From NCBI GenBank assembly GCA_963514005.1, contig OY740782.1:150536001-150600000 (forward strand): 64,000 nucleotides of DNA, written 5' to 3'. This document shows positions 39,375 through 51,900 of this stretch, piece after piece. Position 1 is the first letter of the stretch; every line of letters starts with the position of its first letter. Both the position numbers and the translations under genes were made by a program. Under the pieces are notes generated by a model. That model ran no database searches and was not told the origin of the DNA. It worked only from the letters and a program-made list of their open reading frames with translations. The stretch comes from Raja brachyura (Eukaryota).

Positions 39375-41745
39375 TAATATTTTTATTAGAAGTCATATAC
39401 AATAGGGTACATTAAGAATAATATAATACATTTCAGATACAACTTCGTGTTTTTGAATTTAATAATAAAAAAGTAATATAAGCAAAAAGAGAGAAAAAGA
39501 AAGTTAGGTAAAGTGGTGAAAGTGATCGTTCGTGAAAAGTACAAGATAAAGAGAGAAAGGAGGAGAGATATAAAAAATAAAATAAAATTTTAATAAATAA
39601 CAGGAAAGTAAAACAGAAAAGATAATGAAAGGAAAATAAACTGGAAGGAATATACCTACTTCATATCTTTGCGCACCCCTCACCCAGTTCTGAAACCGTT
39701 TATTTTCAGGATTATGTTGCACCATATGCTTGTAATGAATCGATAAAGGGAGACCAAATCTTTAAGAATTGGTCAGCTTTGCCTGCTGGGACCAATCTCA
39801 TATCTTCCAGGTGCAACAATTCAGACATGTTTGAAATCCACATTTTAAGCGTTGGTGTTGGTGCATTTTTCCTGAATTTTAATATAAGTATTTTTGCCGT
39901 TATTAAGCCATAATTAAGGAAACTCTCTTGGAACGAAGTCAGCTCAGAGCCGGTCTCCATTGTTCCAAAGATAATCAATTCTGCATTGGGGTTCATTTCC
40001 GTTTTAAATACTTTTGTAAAAATTTCAAAAATTTAATTCCAAAACTTCTGAAGTTTTATGCAAAAGACAAAAGAGTGTGCTGTAGTTGCATCTTGAGATA
40101 AGCATTTATCACAGATGGGTGAGACAGTTGGAAATATTTGATTCCATTTAGTTTTTGAGTAATATAATCTATGTAAAATGTTACATTGAATTAAGGTATG
40201 TCTCACATTTATCGAGCATTTATGCACATATAGAAAATATTTATCCCATCTGTCTTTCGAGATATTTATAGATAATTCTTGTTCCCAATCGCTTCTGATT
40301 GCATCAGATGGTGGTATCTCTATGTTTAAAATGATATTTTACAAATATGATATTAAATTAGTAGAATCTGCCTTTCTGTTCATAGCTTCATCTAGTATAT
40401 CTGAAGTCAAAGTTTTATGTTCTTTTGTATGTTTTTTCAAGTAGTCACGGATTTGAAGATATTTAAAGTACTGATTACTTTTCAGGTTATTTTTAAGTTG
40501 TAGTTGTTGGAATGATAAAAGATTTCCCATTTCATACATTTCTCCAAAGGTTTTAATTCCTATTCTTTCCCAGTGTGTTAACGTTTTATCAATAATAGAT
40601 GGTTTAAACGACGGATTATTAACAATAGGAGAGAGACGCAATAGATTTCTTAATTTGAAAGTAAATTTTATTTGTTTCCACGTTCGTATTGTACTATGAA
40701 TAATTGGATTTTCTTGTATATTGTATTATTCAGTTTTATTGGTGAGAGAAGGATCGCTCCTATATTAAAAGGAGAGCAGTCTTCTCTCCCCGTTGCTATC
40801 CAACCTACCTGTTGGGCAGAATTGTCCAACAAGTAAATTAAATTTTTAGTATTCGTTGCCCAGTGATAGTACAGAAAGTTGGGTAGTGTCAGTCCGCCAA
40901 ATTCCTTGGGTTTACACAAGTGTCTGCTTTGAATTCTATGGGACTTATAGTCCCACATAAAATTTGTGATATCAGAGTCAACTTTTTACAAAAAAAATGT
41001 AGGTAAATATATTGGTATTGATTGAAATAAATATAAGATTTGTGGCAGAAAAATAATTTCTTTGGCATTTATTCTGCCTATTAAAGACATCGGTAGTGTT
41101 TTCCAAAATTTAATCAGAGCATTTTAGTAAGTAAGGACATGTAGTTTGCATTGAATGAATATTTATATTTTCTAGTAATTTGAATACCCAGATATTTAAC
41201 TTTTTCTGTAGCAATTCTAAAGGGGAATTTTAAAAGGTGTGTCGGTTCTTGAGGTTTTATCGTCATATTTTCACTTTTATTCCAATTTATTCTATACCCT
41301 GAAAAGGATCCAAATTCCTCTATTAAATTTAATATATTTGGCATGCTGATTTGCGATTTTGTAATATATAATATTACGTCGTCTGCATATAGCGATATTT
41401 TATTATTTGTATGTTTTGTATTATAAACATCGATGTTCGGATGCATTCTTATACTTTCTGCTAAGGGTTCTATCACAAGAGCAAATAGCAGGGGTGAGAG
41501 TGCACATCCCACTCTATTGCCCCTGGATCGTTGAAATTTCGAAGAGAGTATATTATTAGTCAGTATTCTAGCAGTTGGCTTGTCATATAATAATTTTACC
41601 CATAAGATAAAATTCTCTCCCATTTGAATTTTTTGCAATACTTTGAAGAGATTATCCCACCTGGTCAAATGCTTTTTCTGCATCCAATGAAATAATTGAT
41701 AAGTCTTCCTCTTTAGTATTATGTGAATACATTATATTAAACCAA
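39375..41745 (-). mobile_element. L1/Tx1-clade LINE ORF2 remnant
   Basis: GCALSPLLFALVIEPLA, ISLYADD, INWNKSE, GGLTLPNF, C-terminal CDKC..HSFVFC. Confidence 0.85.
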
Positions 41746-42317
41746 TGTCTAAGTGAAAGCATACCCAAGTTGGGTAACAGGCAAATCGACCTGAACTAAT
41801 TTACTATCGGTTGGAGTAATGTGATGCCAGCTAATTCCAGATGCTGCTAATTAATTCTTAATGTCTATCATTGTCTCTTCTTGCGCGTTCTAGTCTCCAT
41901 ACCCAGAATCATACCCACGTACTTTGCTGATCTCTCTGCCGGTGCGGCTGTATCAAGTGCACTCTCGTTGCTCTGAAACATTTTTTTGGAATATTCGACA
42001 ATAATATAAGAAGGTATTGTTACATAGAGCTTGGGGGAGCAAACAGTTCGTCACGACGACCTATTTGTCGAAGATAGCTACTGTATCAGGGGAGGTTGCA
42101 AAATGAGCCTATGTGGTTGTTCTCCTCCTGGAACTTTGGCATAAAATGCATTCAAATATATTTGACCTTAATGTCATCGGACACCCGAGCGCGCAATGGT
42201 CGCATAATCAAAGTCACTCCTGTTCTACTAGCCAGTGACGATCTGAGAAAAAATATATTTAGGGAAATGGTGGAATACGAAGAAATACGACAGCGCATTT
42301 ATCGTAAGGTGCTGGTT

Positions 42318-42786
42318 CATAGAAACATAGAAAATAGGTGTAGGAGGCCATTCGGCCCTTCGATCAAGCACCACCATTCAATGTTATCATGGCTGATCAT
42401 CCGCTATCAATAACCCGTGCCTGCCTTCTCGCCATATCCCTTGACTCCACTAGCCCCTAGAGCTCTATCCAACTCTTTCTTAAATCCATCCAGTGATTTG
42501 GCCTCCACTTCCCTCTGTGGCAGGGAATTACATAAATTCACAACTCTCTGAGTAAAAAAGTTTTTTCTCACCTCAGTCTTCAATGACCTCCCCTTTATTC
42601 TAAGACTGTGGGTCCTGGTTCGGGACTCGCCCAACATTGGGAACATTTTTCCTGCATCTAGCTTGGCCAGTCCGTTTATAATTTTATATGTTTCTATAAG
42701 ATCTCCCCTCATACTTCTAAACTCCAGAGAATACAAGCCTAGTCTTTTCAAACTTTCCTCATATGACAGTCCCGCCATCCCAGGGT
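42318..42786 (-). mobile_element. CR1 3' fragment
   Basis: ORF 42407-42805 encodes the CR1 C-terminus, followed by the tail. Confidence 0.85.
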
Positions 42787-43708
42787 TCGTTCGAGAAACG
42801 AACATAGCAAACCAGGTTAGGCTTTTGTAGTTCTGCTTTTATTTGTGATTTAACAGAAACATATTACAGAGACGTTTTTAACAGCATAACACAAAGTGGT
42901 CAAAACAACTGAATTCCACGCTGAGACCAGGTACATTGAACATGTAGCTCGAGAGTCAAAGGTTAGCTCTGAATTAAGGAAAGGACAATTGAGCAGAAAA
43001 GGAGTAAATAGAGATTTGCTCATACGTGGAATGTGCGCACCCGTTGGATTGTTGGGTATGTATTTACACATGTATTTACATTACATTTTATTTACAGGCT
43101 TTCGGTTTGGCCGCACTTGGAGTATAGTGTGGAGGTCAGGTCGTCCCTTCGAAGGAATAATGTGGAGGCTTTGGAGAAGATGCAGAAGAGGTTTACTAGA
43201 ATGCTGCAGGGGTTAGAATCATTAGCTATAAGAAGAGGTTGGCAAACATGGATTGTTTTCTTCGGCGAGTTGGAGGTTGAAGGGAGACCCGGTAGAAGCT
43301 GTTAGAATAATGACAGGCATAGATAGTGTGTCTGAATTTAACATGAAGTTGACGATCTCACACAAACAGCGTTCCCGACTTTCTATACAACGGCATTCAA
43401 TACCGGAAGGACACAAATATGGCCCATGCTAAAGAAAAAGAGAATGTATAGAAAAAAGATCAAAATAAAAAAAGAAACGTTTACCGTTTGAGAAAATTGA
43501 CTTCTTTTCACATGATATTCAAATGCCGATTAAAATAGTTTGATACATTAACGCTATACTAAAGGCAACTAGGCAATATCAAACAAGTCAGATAGACAGA
43601 ATGGAGTATTGCTTATGATATTGTCCGCTTCAGATTTGAACATTTCCCTTGGTTACAACGACGTCCATAGTCCGGTCAGAAAAATACACGGTTTTCATCA
43701 TTCAATCG

Positions 43709-43717
43709 TCACTTGAC
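43709..43717 (-). CDS. IGHM: IgM TM2 exon (VK-stop)
   Basis: ctctttacag|GTC AAG TGA, completing the KVK cytoplasmic tail. Confidence 0.88.
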   Translation of the reverse strand, partial: VK

Positions 43718-43851
43718 CTGTAAAGAGAAGGAGAGAATATGAAAGTGTATTAGCAGTCTGTGACTTAGATGCCAGGACATCCAAAGAGTACGAGAATCGA
43801 TATTTTGCCGTGCTCTTCAATCAGGTGGAAAAGTAAGTGGAATGAACTCGC

Positions 43852-43979
43852 CTTCACCAGAGTTACGGCAGCACCGTAGGAAATGCTCAGGAAGAACAGG
43901 ATAATGAATGTGGAAGCAGTTGTCCAGATATTGTCTCTGTCTTCCTCATAGTCCTCCAGACGAACGTTGTCGGCGTAAT
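43852..43979 (-). CDS. IGHM: IgM TM1 exon
   Basis: DYADNVRLEDYEEDRDNIWTTASTFIILFFLSISYGAAVTLVK (antigen-receptor TM motif); acceptor ttgcgtag, donor AAG|GCGAGT. Confidence 0.93.
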
Positions 43980-44699
43980 CTACGCAAAGCAGAACGTGAA
44001 GACGTTCACAATCTATTCTAATATACAACATTGTATTTTATTTATTATTTACCAAAATAATACGAACATTAACATTAGGGATATTAATTTCCTATGAGCT
44101 GTTTTTACATTGAGGTGATCATCCTCAACAATTGTATCCAAAATCAAGGCCACTTGTAGACACAGCTGCTTATAACCAACCGTTTATGAATAGTTTTGGA
44201 GAAAGCAATGTGTATGTACATTTCTGGGATTAATTGTCCATTCTATAAACGTCTGCTTCCCATTAATATAATTTACTAACCGGGATGGTATAAAACTTGA
44301 AGCTGGTTATTGCTTACAATGTTATCAGATAACCCTTTATTTGGAGATGGTGACCGGAGATCGGCGAAGGAACTCACTGAATGCAAACATTGGCTCCCAA
44401 TAATTTGCCATCATTCCCTCATTAGAACCATGTTGTCTGATGTATCCTGTTTTCGGTTAGGGGATGGAGGAAGGCTTGTGTACACAAAAATAACTGTGAA
44501 CCATTTTATAGGCATTATCTTTCTAGTGTAAAACATGGAGCATGAAAGATCTACGGTTACACTTAGTTTTTAGGAACGCGTGGAAAACTACTGGTTAAAT
44601 GATCTGAATGGCCCTTCCGTTTGCCTGTAACTAGGTAGATTTGCATCATTAAGTAGAAGTTTGCTAAAATCCTAACATCCTTTTCGTATTGGTTCATGG

Positions 44700-44701
<2 letters not shown>

Positions 44702-44734
<33 letters not shown>

Positions 44735-44780
44735 AGTGTATGTGTGCGTGTATGCGCGCGTGTGTGTGTGTGTGCGAGCA
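44702..44780. repeat. (TG)n microsatellite
   Basis: Direct reading. Confidence 0.9.
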
Positions 44781-45021
44781 CATATACTGCGTGCGTTGCT
44801 GTGGAAAATCTATTTCAACGTCACTCAGCATTTATGAAGAAGAAAAATATAATATGAGCCAATATATCTACTAGCGTGTATTGTCACAGGAAATCTGCTT
44901 TGAAAGTCCATTGGTATTAAAGTGAGAGCCTAAATGCATTTGTGTTGTATTAATGTTGGGTTTTTTTGTGCAAATATGTGCTTTTAGCTAACCGTTTTTG
45001 TGCAAATATGCACTTTTAGCG

Positions 45022-45327
45022 AACCAGGGGCCACAGTCTTCCAATAAAGGGGAGGTAATTTAAGTTGAGGTGAGAAAAAACTTTTTCATCCAGAGAGTTG
45101 TGAATTTGTGGAATTCCCTGCCACAGAGGGCAGTGGAGGCCAAGTCACTGGATGGATTTAACAGAGAGTTAGATAGAGCTCTAGGGGCTAGTGGAGTCAA
45201 GGGATATGGGGAGAAAGCAGGCACGGGTTATTGATTGGGGACGATCAGCCATGACCACAATGAATGGCGGTGCTGGCTCGAAGGGCCGAATGGCCTCCTC
45301 CTGCGCCTATTTTCTATGTTTCTATGT
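45022..45327 (+). mobile_element. CR1 3' fragment in the CH4-TM1 intron
   Basis: ccagggggccacagtct...ctatgtttctatgt tail. Confidence 0.8.
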
Positions 45328-45926
45328 CCCTATTATTTTGCATTTCAAAGAACGTTTGATTGCTGGTCTGTTTAGGTGGATGTCCATGTGCTATGGGGTA
45401 AACATGTCGTTAATTGCGTTTTATGTATGTTTCTATGCGACCCCATAAATGATTTTATTTTTGTGCGCTTGCTGATGTTTTGTGGTGAGTATGCTTCGTG
45501 TACATCTGGGGGACAGCTGGAAACGGATGTGGCCTTGTCTAATGCTCGAACCGGCGTGTTATTCAATGTCTCGCTGCATCTGATATTTGGCTCTAAGTTT
45601 GCGTTCTCACGAGCCACTCAGAGCGGTTATCCCACCATTCGCCTGCACACATTGTGATGACCGTTTAATAACTGAACGTCACAGCATTCTCGACCCGGAG
45701 TTAAATGGCCCACTTCTTCATGGGAACAATATATAATGGTGACACTTTATTCTTGTTCTTTAGGTTCCACTTAGTTGTACTTAGAATTACGTTACTTTCA
45801 TTGAATTGATACAGGCTGTTTCTGCTCTACGCTCCTGAAGCCATTCTGCATCATGTGCATCGTGTTACATTCTCTTATCATTAATATATGGATGTTCCTC
45901 TCTCATTCCTTCTTTTTGGGCGCGTT

Positions 45927-46130
45927 CGTGTGAGAGTGTGTGTGACAGAGAGTGTGTGTGAGAGAGAGTGTGAGAGAGAGAGTGTGAGAAAGAGTGTGTA
46001 TGTGTGCGAGTGTGTGTGTGTGTGAGTGTATGTGGGTGTGTGTGTGTGCGTGTGAGAAAGCGAGTGTGTGTGTGAGAGAGAGCGAGTGTGTGTGTGTGTG
46101 AGAGAGAGCGAGAGAGTGTGTTGTGTGTGT
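45927..46130. repeat. (TG)/(AG) compound microsatellite
   Basis: Direct reading. Confidence 0.9.
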
Positions 46131-46505
46131 TTATATTGTTAAATCCTCATGCAATAGTGTTCATATATATTGAGTGCATGGCACGATGTAAACGTTTGAG
46201 ATCCTGCCTCAGGTCTGAATGGATTGGAAACAGGAGAAGGAGGGACACGGAGATCCAAAGGCATGGACCCATATCTGCCCAGCAAGAGCAATAATGTTGA
46301 AGTGTGTCCGCGATGCATGCAGTGGTGCAGTTGTGACTTATCTCCAAAACCCCGTTGTTACTGTGTGTGCAGTCTGCATCCGTTTTCCGTGAATTGTGGC
46401 CAAGATTTTCAAGTATCGTTAATATATAGTCATCGTTTTGGCAGAATGTTTTATATAATTAATTGGGTGGCCATGTGTCCAGCTCAAGATTGGAGGTTAA
46501 AGATA

Positions 46506-46521
46506 TTTATTAGTATTTATT
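46506..46521 (-). terminator. Tandem AATAAA polyadenylation signals of secreted mu
   Basis: Two AATAAA about 30-40 nt after the secretory stop. Confidence 0.75.
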
Positions 46522-46548
46522 TCAGAGAAATTTGCAAGGAATTCATTC

Positions 46549-46940
46549 TCATTGACAGGAATTGACAGTGTCCATCAATACAAGGGAAACGTTGACAAAA
46601 CTGGGTTTACCGCTGGACTTATTGACCGTTCTGACGATGGTCTTCATGGGGAGTGCTTCGTGCCCCACCAGACAGGAGAAGGAGGCTCCGCTAGCCCACT
46701 GCTCTGCCCCAACGGATAACAGGCTGTAGGTGAAGAAGGTGTCATTGCCGTTCTCCGCCTCCACCTCGGTGTTCCTGTACTTGCTCCAATGCACCCGCTT
46801 GTCATCAACTGTCCATGTGACGAAGACCCTGCGAGGGGAGAATCCTCTCACAAAACAGGTGAGGGTGATAGTCTTGTGAGCGGAGATCTCTTCTGTCGGC
46901 GGCAGAAGGACTGAGATGGACGGTGCCAGCAGATGTTGAG
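46549..46940 (-). CDS. IGHM: IgM CH4 exon plus secretory tailpiece (membrane donor after 46611)
   Basis: [47 protein letters not shown]; NVS glycan site, penultimate Cys, internal G|GTAAA donor. Confidence 0.96.
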
Positions 46941-47155
46941 CTACGGGACAATTCAAATGGCGTTTATTATACAAGACGGTTAAAGCGATTAAAAGCTAAT
47001 ATATTCGTACGTGAGTAAACTGCCAACCGACAGTATTAACGGCATTGCTTTCCCCTTTTGTGACTTGTCTCTTTGTTCAGACATATACACCTGAACGTGC
47101 GTCTCTCCTGTGCACGGCAGAAGATTTGTATGGATCACTTCACACACTCACAACA

Positions 47156-47538
47156 CTCTTACAAAATTCTTAAGGGGTTGGACAAGCTAGATGCTGGAAG
47201 ATTGTTCCCGATGTTGGGGGAGTCCAGAACAAAGGGTCACAGTCTAAGGATCAGGGGGAATTCCTTTAGGACCGAGATGAGGAAAACATTCTTTACACAG
47301 AGAGTGGTGAGTCTCTGGAATTCTCTGCCACAGAAGGTAGTTGAGGACAGTTCATTGGCTATATTTAAGAGGGCGTTAGATGTGGCACTTGTGGCTAATG
47401 GGATCAGGGGGTATGGAGAGAAGGCAGGTACGGGATACTGAGTTGGATGATCAGCCATGATCACATTGAATGGCGGTGCAGGCTCGAAGGGCCGAATGGC
47501 CTACTCCTGCACCTATTTTTCTATGTTTCTATGTTTCT
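47156..47538 (+). mobile_element. CR1 3' fragment in the CH3-CH4 intron
   Basis: KGLDKLDAGRLFP..FFTQRVVSLWNSLP plus tail. Confidence 0.85.
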
Positions 47539-47871
47539 AACACAAGATCAAGCTATTCGCCGTCTCTGGTCCGTGTTATTTCTGATGACCATGGTTGTCT
47601 CCTGCTCCTTTTGTCATTTATTACTAAATGCAGTTCTACCTTGGTTCATCTGCCTCACGCAATTCCCACCTCATATTCATGCAAAGTCATCTCGTATTCT
47701 CTCTTTTCCAGCTCTGACCAAGGACTCAGTGAAGTCTTAGCACTATTTCATTTTGCATATATTGCTTCGCCGACTGAGTGATCTCAATCATTACATTTAG
47801 ATTTATCTCAGAAGAAAAGTGCACCAGTCACCTCTGGCCCACAGGACCCCTCTGCAGCTACCCCGGCTCAC

Positions 47872-48174
47872 CTTTCTTCCAGTTGATTCGTCCAGTTTTT
47901 GGAGACGGCAGATCATCATGGCTCACCACGCATTCGAAATAATCCCCACTCAGCCAGTCACGAGTCGAAATGTTGACCTTGCTCTCTACGATATCCCCAT
48001 GTTCTGTGGGCTGGATCTCTGATTCCAAATGTTCCTTCTTGTGGTTCCAAGATACTGTGATACCATAAGGTGCATTGGATACCCGACAGGTTAACGTCAC
48101 GGTCATCTCCATTAACTCTTGTTCAACAGGTGGTGGAAGGATTGTAATCTTCGGTTCATCGCAGGAATTAGGAT
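47872..48174 (-). CDS. IGHM: IgM CH3 exon
   Basis: DPNSCDEPKITILPPP..TLTCRVS..VSW..FECVVSHDDLPSP; 303 nt, AG/GT, phase 1. Confidence 0.95.
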
Positions 48175-48399
48175 CTGTGGCACAATAATTAATGTGAACA
48201 TAAGCATTTGCAGGAGTAACCGGGATCGAAGGTTTACACCAAGCATCCGCCCCCAAAACCTTAATATGTACATGACCCCTTCTGAGTAGTGATTCTGGGA
48301 ACATGGGTCGTAAATCGTCATGAACTGCCTTTTGTCTGTGTGCAGTGAACGACACAATAAATGAAATGAGAGATCGCACCATGGGCTATAGCACGATAG

Positions 48400-48955
48400 G
48401 CACACAATGCTGGAGTACTGTATCTCAGCGGGTCAGGCAGCGGGTCAGCATCTCTGCAGAAAATGAATACGGGCCGTTTCGGGTCCACATCCTCCATTAA
48501 CAGGTATTAACAGGTACAAATAAAAAAATAAGGATCTCCACCTCCTTGCCAGTGATGACCCACCAATACCGTCTCCACTAGCTTCCTCCTCTTGGACTTG
48601 CATTCCATCTCTCTCCGGCCACCCCCCACCTTCGTCATCCGACTAGTTTCACTGCGGTCCTGTTTCGTTTCACTCTTTGTATCTACTCGTTATCACCATT
48701 TCCAGAGCAACAACGGACCAATGTGGCCTCGACCTTTCCTTGTACATCGTTGCTGGCTTTGATTTGTCTTTTCATTCATTTGTTTGTACATTCTCATACC
48801 TCTAGTTTCCCTCTCCTCTGATTCCAACTCGGAAGATGAGTCTCGACCCGAATCGTCACCTATTCCTTTTCTCTGCAGATGCCTAACCCGCTGTTACTCC
48901 GGAATTATGTTTCTATTTTTAGTGCAAACCAGCATCTGCACTTCTATTCTACACA
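48400..48955. mobile_element. Degenerate Penelope-like terminal-repeat fragments in the CH2-CH3 intron
   Basis: ctcagcgggtcaggcagc and gtctcgacccgaatcgtcacc motifs related to 17397-17706. Confidence 0.55.
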
Positions 48956-49045
48956 TAGGCTTTCACAATGTCAGTGAAGTACTACCACCGTGAGCGCTAA
49001 TGTTTACACTAATATCCCGAGACACACCACGGATGTATTTCTTAC

Positions 49046-49363
49046 CTGGAGACCTACTGATGTTTTGGCTTATCAAATCTTTTTCATGGTTGACTTGGCA
49101 GGTATAGACGGAACCTCCGAACCACTCTGCAGCTGAGAATGTCAACTGGCTGGTCGCCGAGAAGTTACCGTTAACGTTCACCTGGAAGGCGGGAGAGGTG
49201 ACGATGCCAGAATGCAATGGCTCGCCATCCTTCAGCCAGTTCACAGTAAATTTCGCTGGGGTGAAATCGTTGACCAAACACACGGCGGTCGCTTTTCTGC
49301 TGCGCTTGATTTCCTCAAGGGCAGTTATGGTAATGGCGAGAGTAGGATGATGTACCACGCGGT
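49046..49363 (-). CDS. IGHM: IgM CH2 exon
   Basis: DRVVHHPT..ATAVCLVNDFTP..VNWLKDG..YTCQVNH; 318 nt, AG/GT, phase 1. Confidence 0.95.
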
Positions 49364-49485
49364 CTGAAAGAAAATAAACTTCATTGGAATTGCTCATAAA
49401 CTATCGTCGATTAATAAAGACACCCAATATTTTGTCCAAGAAAAAGAAAATCACTTTTTCTGATTAAAAGTAGCCGTCCACTCAC

Positions 49486-49790
49486 CTGGACTTCCCGAGA
49501 TGCTGCTATATTCTTTGTTTATCACGGTACATCGAGTGCTCGTAAATGGGGAAATTAGAGCTCGGTAACTCGTTGTCACAGGGATGTAATGGGCCGACTG
49601 TTTTGCCTTTGTCCTCTATGACTGTGTCTGTGCTTTTAATACTCTTGTAATGTTCTCAACATGGTGCACTCAGCCGCTTCGATTGTTCGCGAGTTAAAAT
49701 GTAACTTATCTACGGATAGAGCAGTTCCTCCCGAATTATATGGATGTGCTCGTGATGATAATAAATTGACCAGCACTCTTTTCAAGCTCT
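49486..49790 (-). pseudogene. Putative decayed Ig constant-domain exon between CH1 and CH2
   Basis: 305-nt segment bounded by tttccctgtag and CAG|GTGAGT; frame-broken peptides resemble Ig C strands. Confidence 0.45.
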
Positions 49791-50274
49791 CTACAGGGAA
49801 ATTTTTGTTTTTTTATGATTTTGTAAATGGTGAATTGTCGCGATATTTGAAGCACCGCCTTTCGTTCCGTCCCAAGAACGAAATACGGCAGTGCTTCCGT
49901 ATTGTGAATATCGCTCTCGTCCCTCGGTGCCAGGAAACAAAACTCACCGTTTTATCGAAACAACAACAGTAGATGTTGTTTGATTCAAAATAGAAACAAA
50001 GGGCTGGAATAATTTGGCGGGTAAGGCATGTGTCACTTTCTATTGAGACTTTAAGCCTTTGGTAGTTAAGTTCAGATGGAGTTTCATCAGTGTTCCAGAT
50101 GTTACATGACATCTGTGGATGCAGCCGCATTTTCTCATCACTATATAGACATGAATTGCCTGTCTTTGACTAGGTGGATCGTGGAGCTCAGATGAGCGTT
50201 CGACATTCAGTATGACATGAAGATTAAAACCAAACAGGGCACATTAAGTCAAGTGCTTGTCTTCAATTGTCAAA

Positions 50275-50733
50275 TCCCGTGAATTATATGGATTGCATCA
50301 TGGCCTGGTTCGGCAACTTGAACATCCAGGAGCGGAAAAGATAGCAAAATGTTGTGACCACTAGCCCATTCCATAACCGGCTCGGACCCCCCATCATCAA
50401 AGGGATCTATCGCAGTCGCTGCCTCAATAAGGCAGCCAACATCAGAGACCCACACCATCCTGGCCACACACTCATCTTACCACTGCCACCGGGAAGAAGG
50501 TACAGGAGCCTGAGAACTGTAACGGTCAGGTTCAGGAACAGCTACTTCCCTACAGCCATCAGGCTATTAAACTCTGCAATCTCATATGCTCTGAACTACA
50601 ATAGACTATTATTATTATTATTATTGCACTGTTATAGTTTGTTTTTTGAGTATGTGTGCGTGTATACATGCAAACATTTCATTGTTCTATCTGGGACATA
50701 TGACAATAAAACATTCTTGACTCTCGACTCTCA
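50275..50733 (+). mobile_element. Rex1-like 3' fragment in the CH1-CH2 intron
   Basis: DPHHPGHTLILPLPPGRRYRSL..RFRNSYFPTAIRLLN. Confidence 0.8.
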
Positions 50734-50771
50734 ACTCCACCCTCGGCCTCGCGGTGCACCCCAACACAAAC

Positions 50772-51068
50772 CTGGTACTTTCACTTGATACTCTTTTTGG
50801 CCGTGTTGAACCACGCAGAAGATGTCGCTTCCTCCTGCCTGCGCCTCAGTGATGGTTAACTCGCTGCTCCGGGTGTAAGTTCCCAACTTATTGAACACTG
50901 CCGGGTATTCCTTCACTCCTTTGGTCAGTTGTTTATCATCTTTCTTCCAAGAAACACTGGCGCCCGCAGGGGAATAGCCCAACGCCAAACAACCATAGGT
51001 GAACGAACCACTGGAGCCGTGATCCTCGCAGGTGAAGAGAATGAAGGGGCTGGGCGGGGAATCAGCCG
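50772..51068 (-). CDS. IGHM: IgM CH1 exon
   Basis: ADSPPSPFILFTCEDHGSSGSFTYGCLALGYSP..VSWKKD..YTRSSEL..IFCVVQH; 297 nt, AG/GT, phase 1; N-terminal Cys suited to light-chain bonding. Confidence 0.95.
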
Positions 51069-51429
51069 CTGCAAGGCAAAGGACACATGAATGTTAAACT
51101 CTCTCTCTTGCTCGTTTTGCAAAATATTCAGTGCGAGGAATCATTATACAGCAATTCGTTACGCAGTTTTCTATTTCATGCAACTTCACCTGAGTATCAT
51201 AAACTATTAGTTAATCATTCCACCTTGATCCCACCTTGGAAAACATTGGCTGAAAACTTCTTGGGGTGCCAATATCCGGCAGTTACTGTCAAATGTACGC
51301 ACAATTTCGAGTTGGAAATGTATCGATAGGCCTCCAGTATTAATTACTGTAACATTCCCAGGGTTTCTCAGGAATGGTCAATGCTCAGTGGCTATAACTA
51401 ACATTGGCGTATGGGTTACAATCTCACCA

Positions 51430-51900
51430 CACTTCTTGTTGCGACTTGGGGTTGATGGAGCAAGGGCGGAACTACGGGATACAGTGTAGACACGTGTGAG
51501 AGCCTCATCTATGGTAAAAGTGGGGAATACCCGCTCCCCAAAGAATGAGGACCTCGGATATCCTGGTATGGAACAACTCATCTTGGGAGCAGTTGCGCGG
51601 AGACGGATGAATTTGGGAGTAGGACATAGAGTCTTTGCAGGAGGCACGGTTGGAAGAGGTGTAGTCCTGATAGCTGTGGGAGTCCGTAGATTTGTAATTT
51701 ATATCAGTCGGTAGTCTATCTCCTGTGATGGAGACGGTGAGATCAACAAAGGGGAGGTATGTGTCGGGGATGGACCCGGTGAATTTGATCGTATGGTCAA
51801 AGTTTGTAGACAATGAGGTCAATGAGTTTGGCATTGGTACAGGACGAAGAGTTCGGGGATAGGGCCAGTCTGTGTCAGGGGTTGTCCCATGTACCCAACT
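51430..51900 (-). mobile_element. Penelope-like element RT fragment
   Basis: IKFT..LPFVDLTVSITGDRLPTDINYKSTDSHSYQDYTSS, a PLE-type RT C-terminus. Confidence 0.75.
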
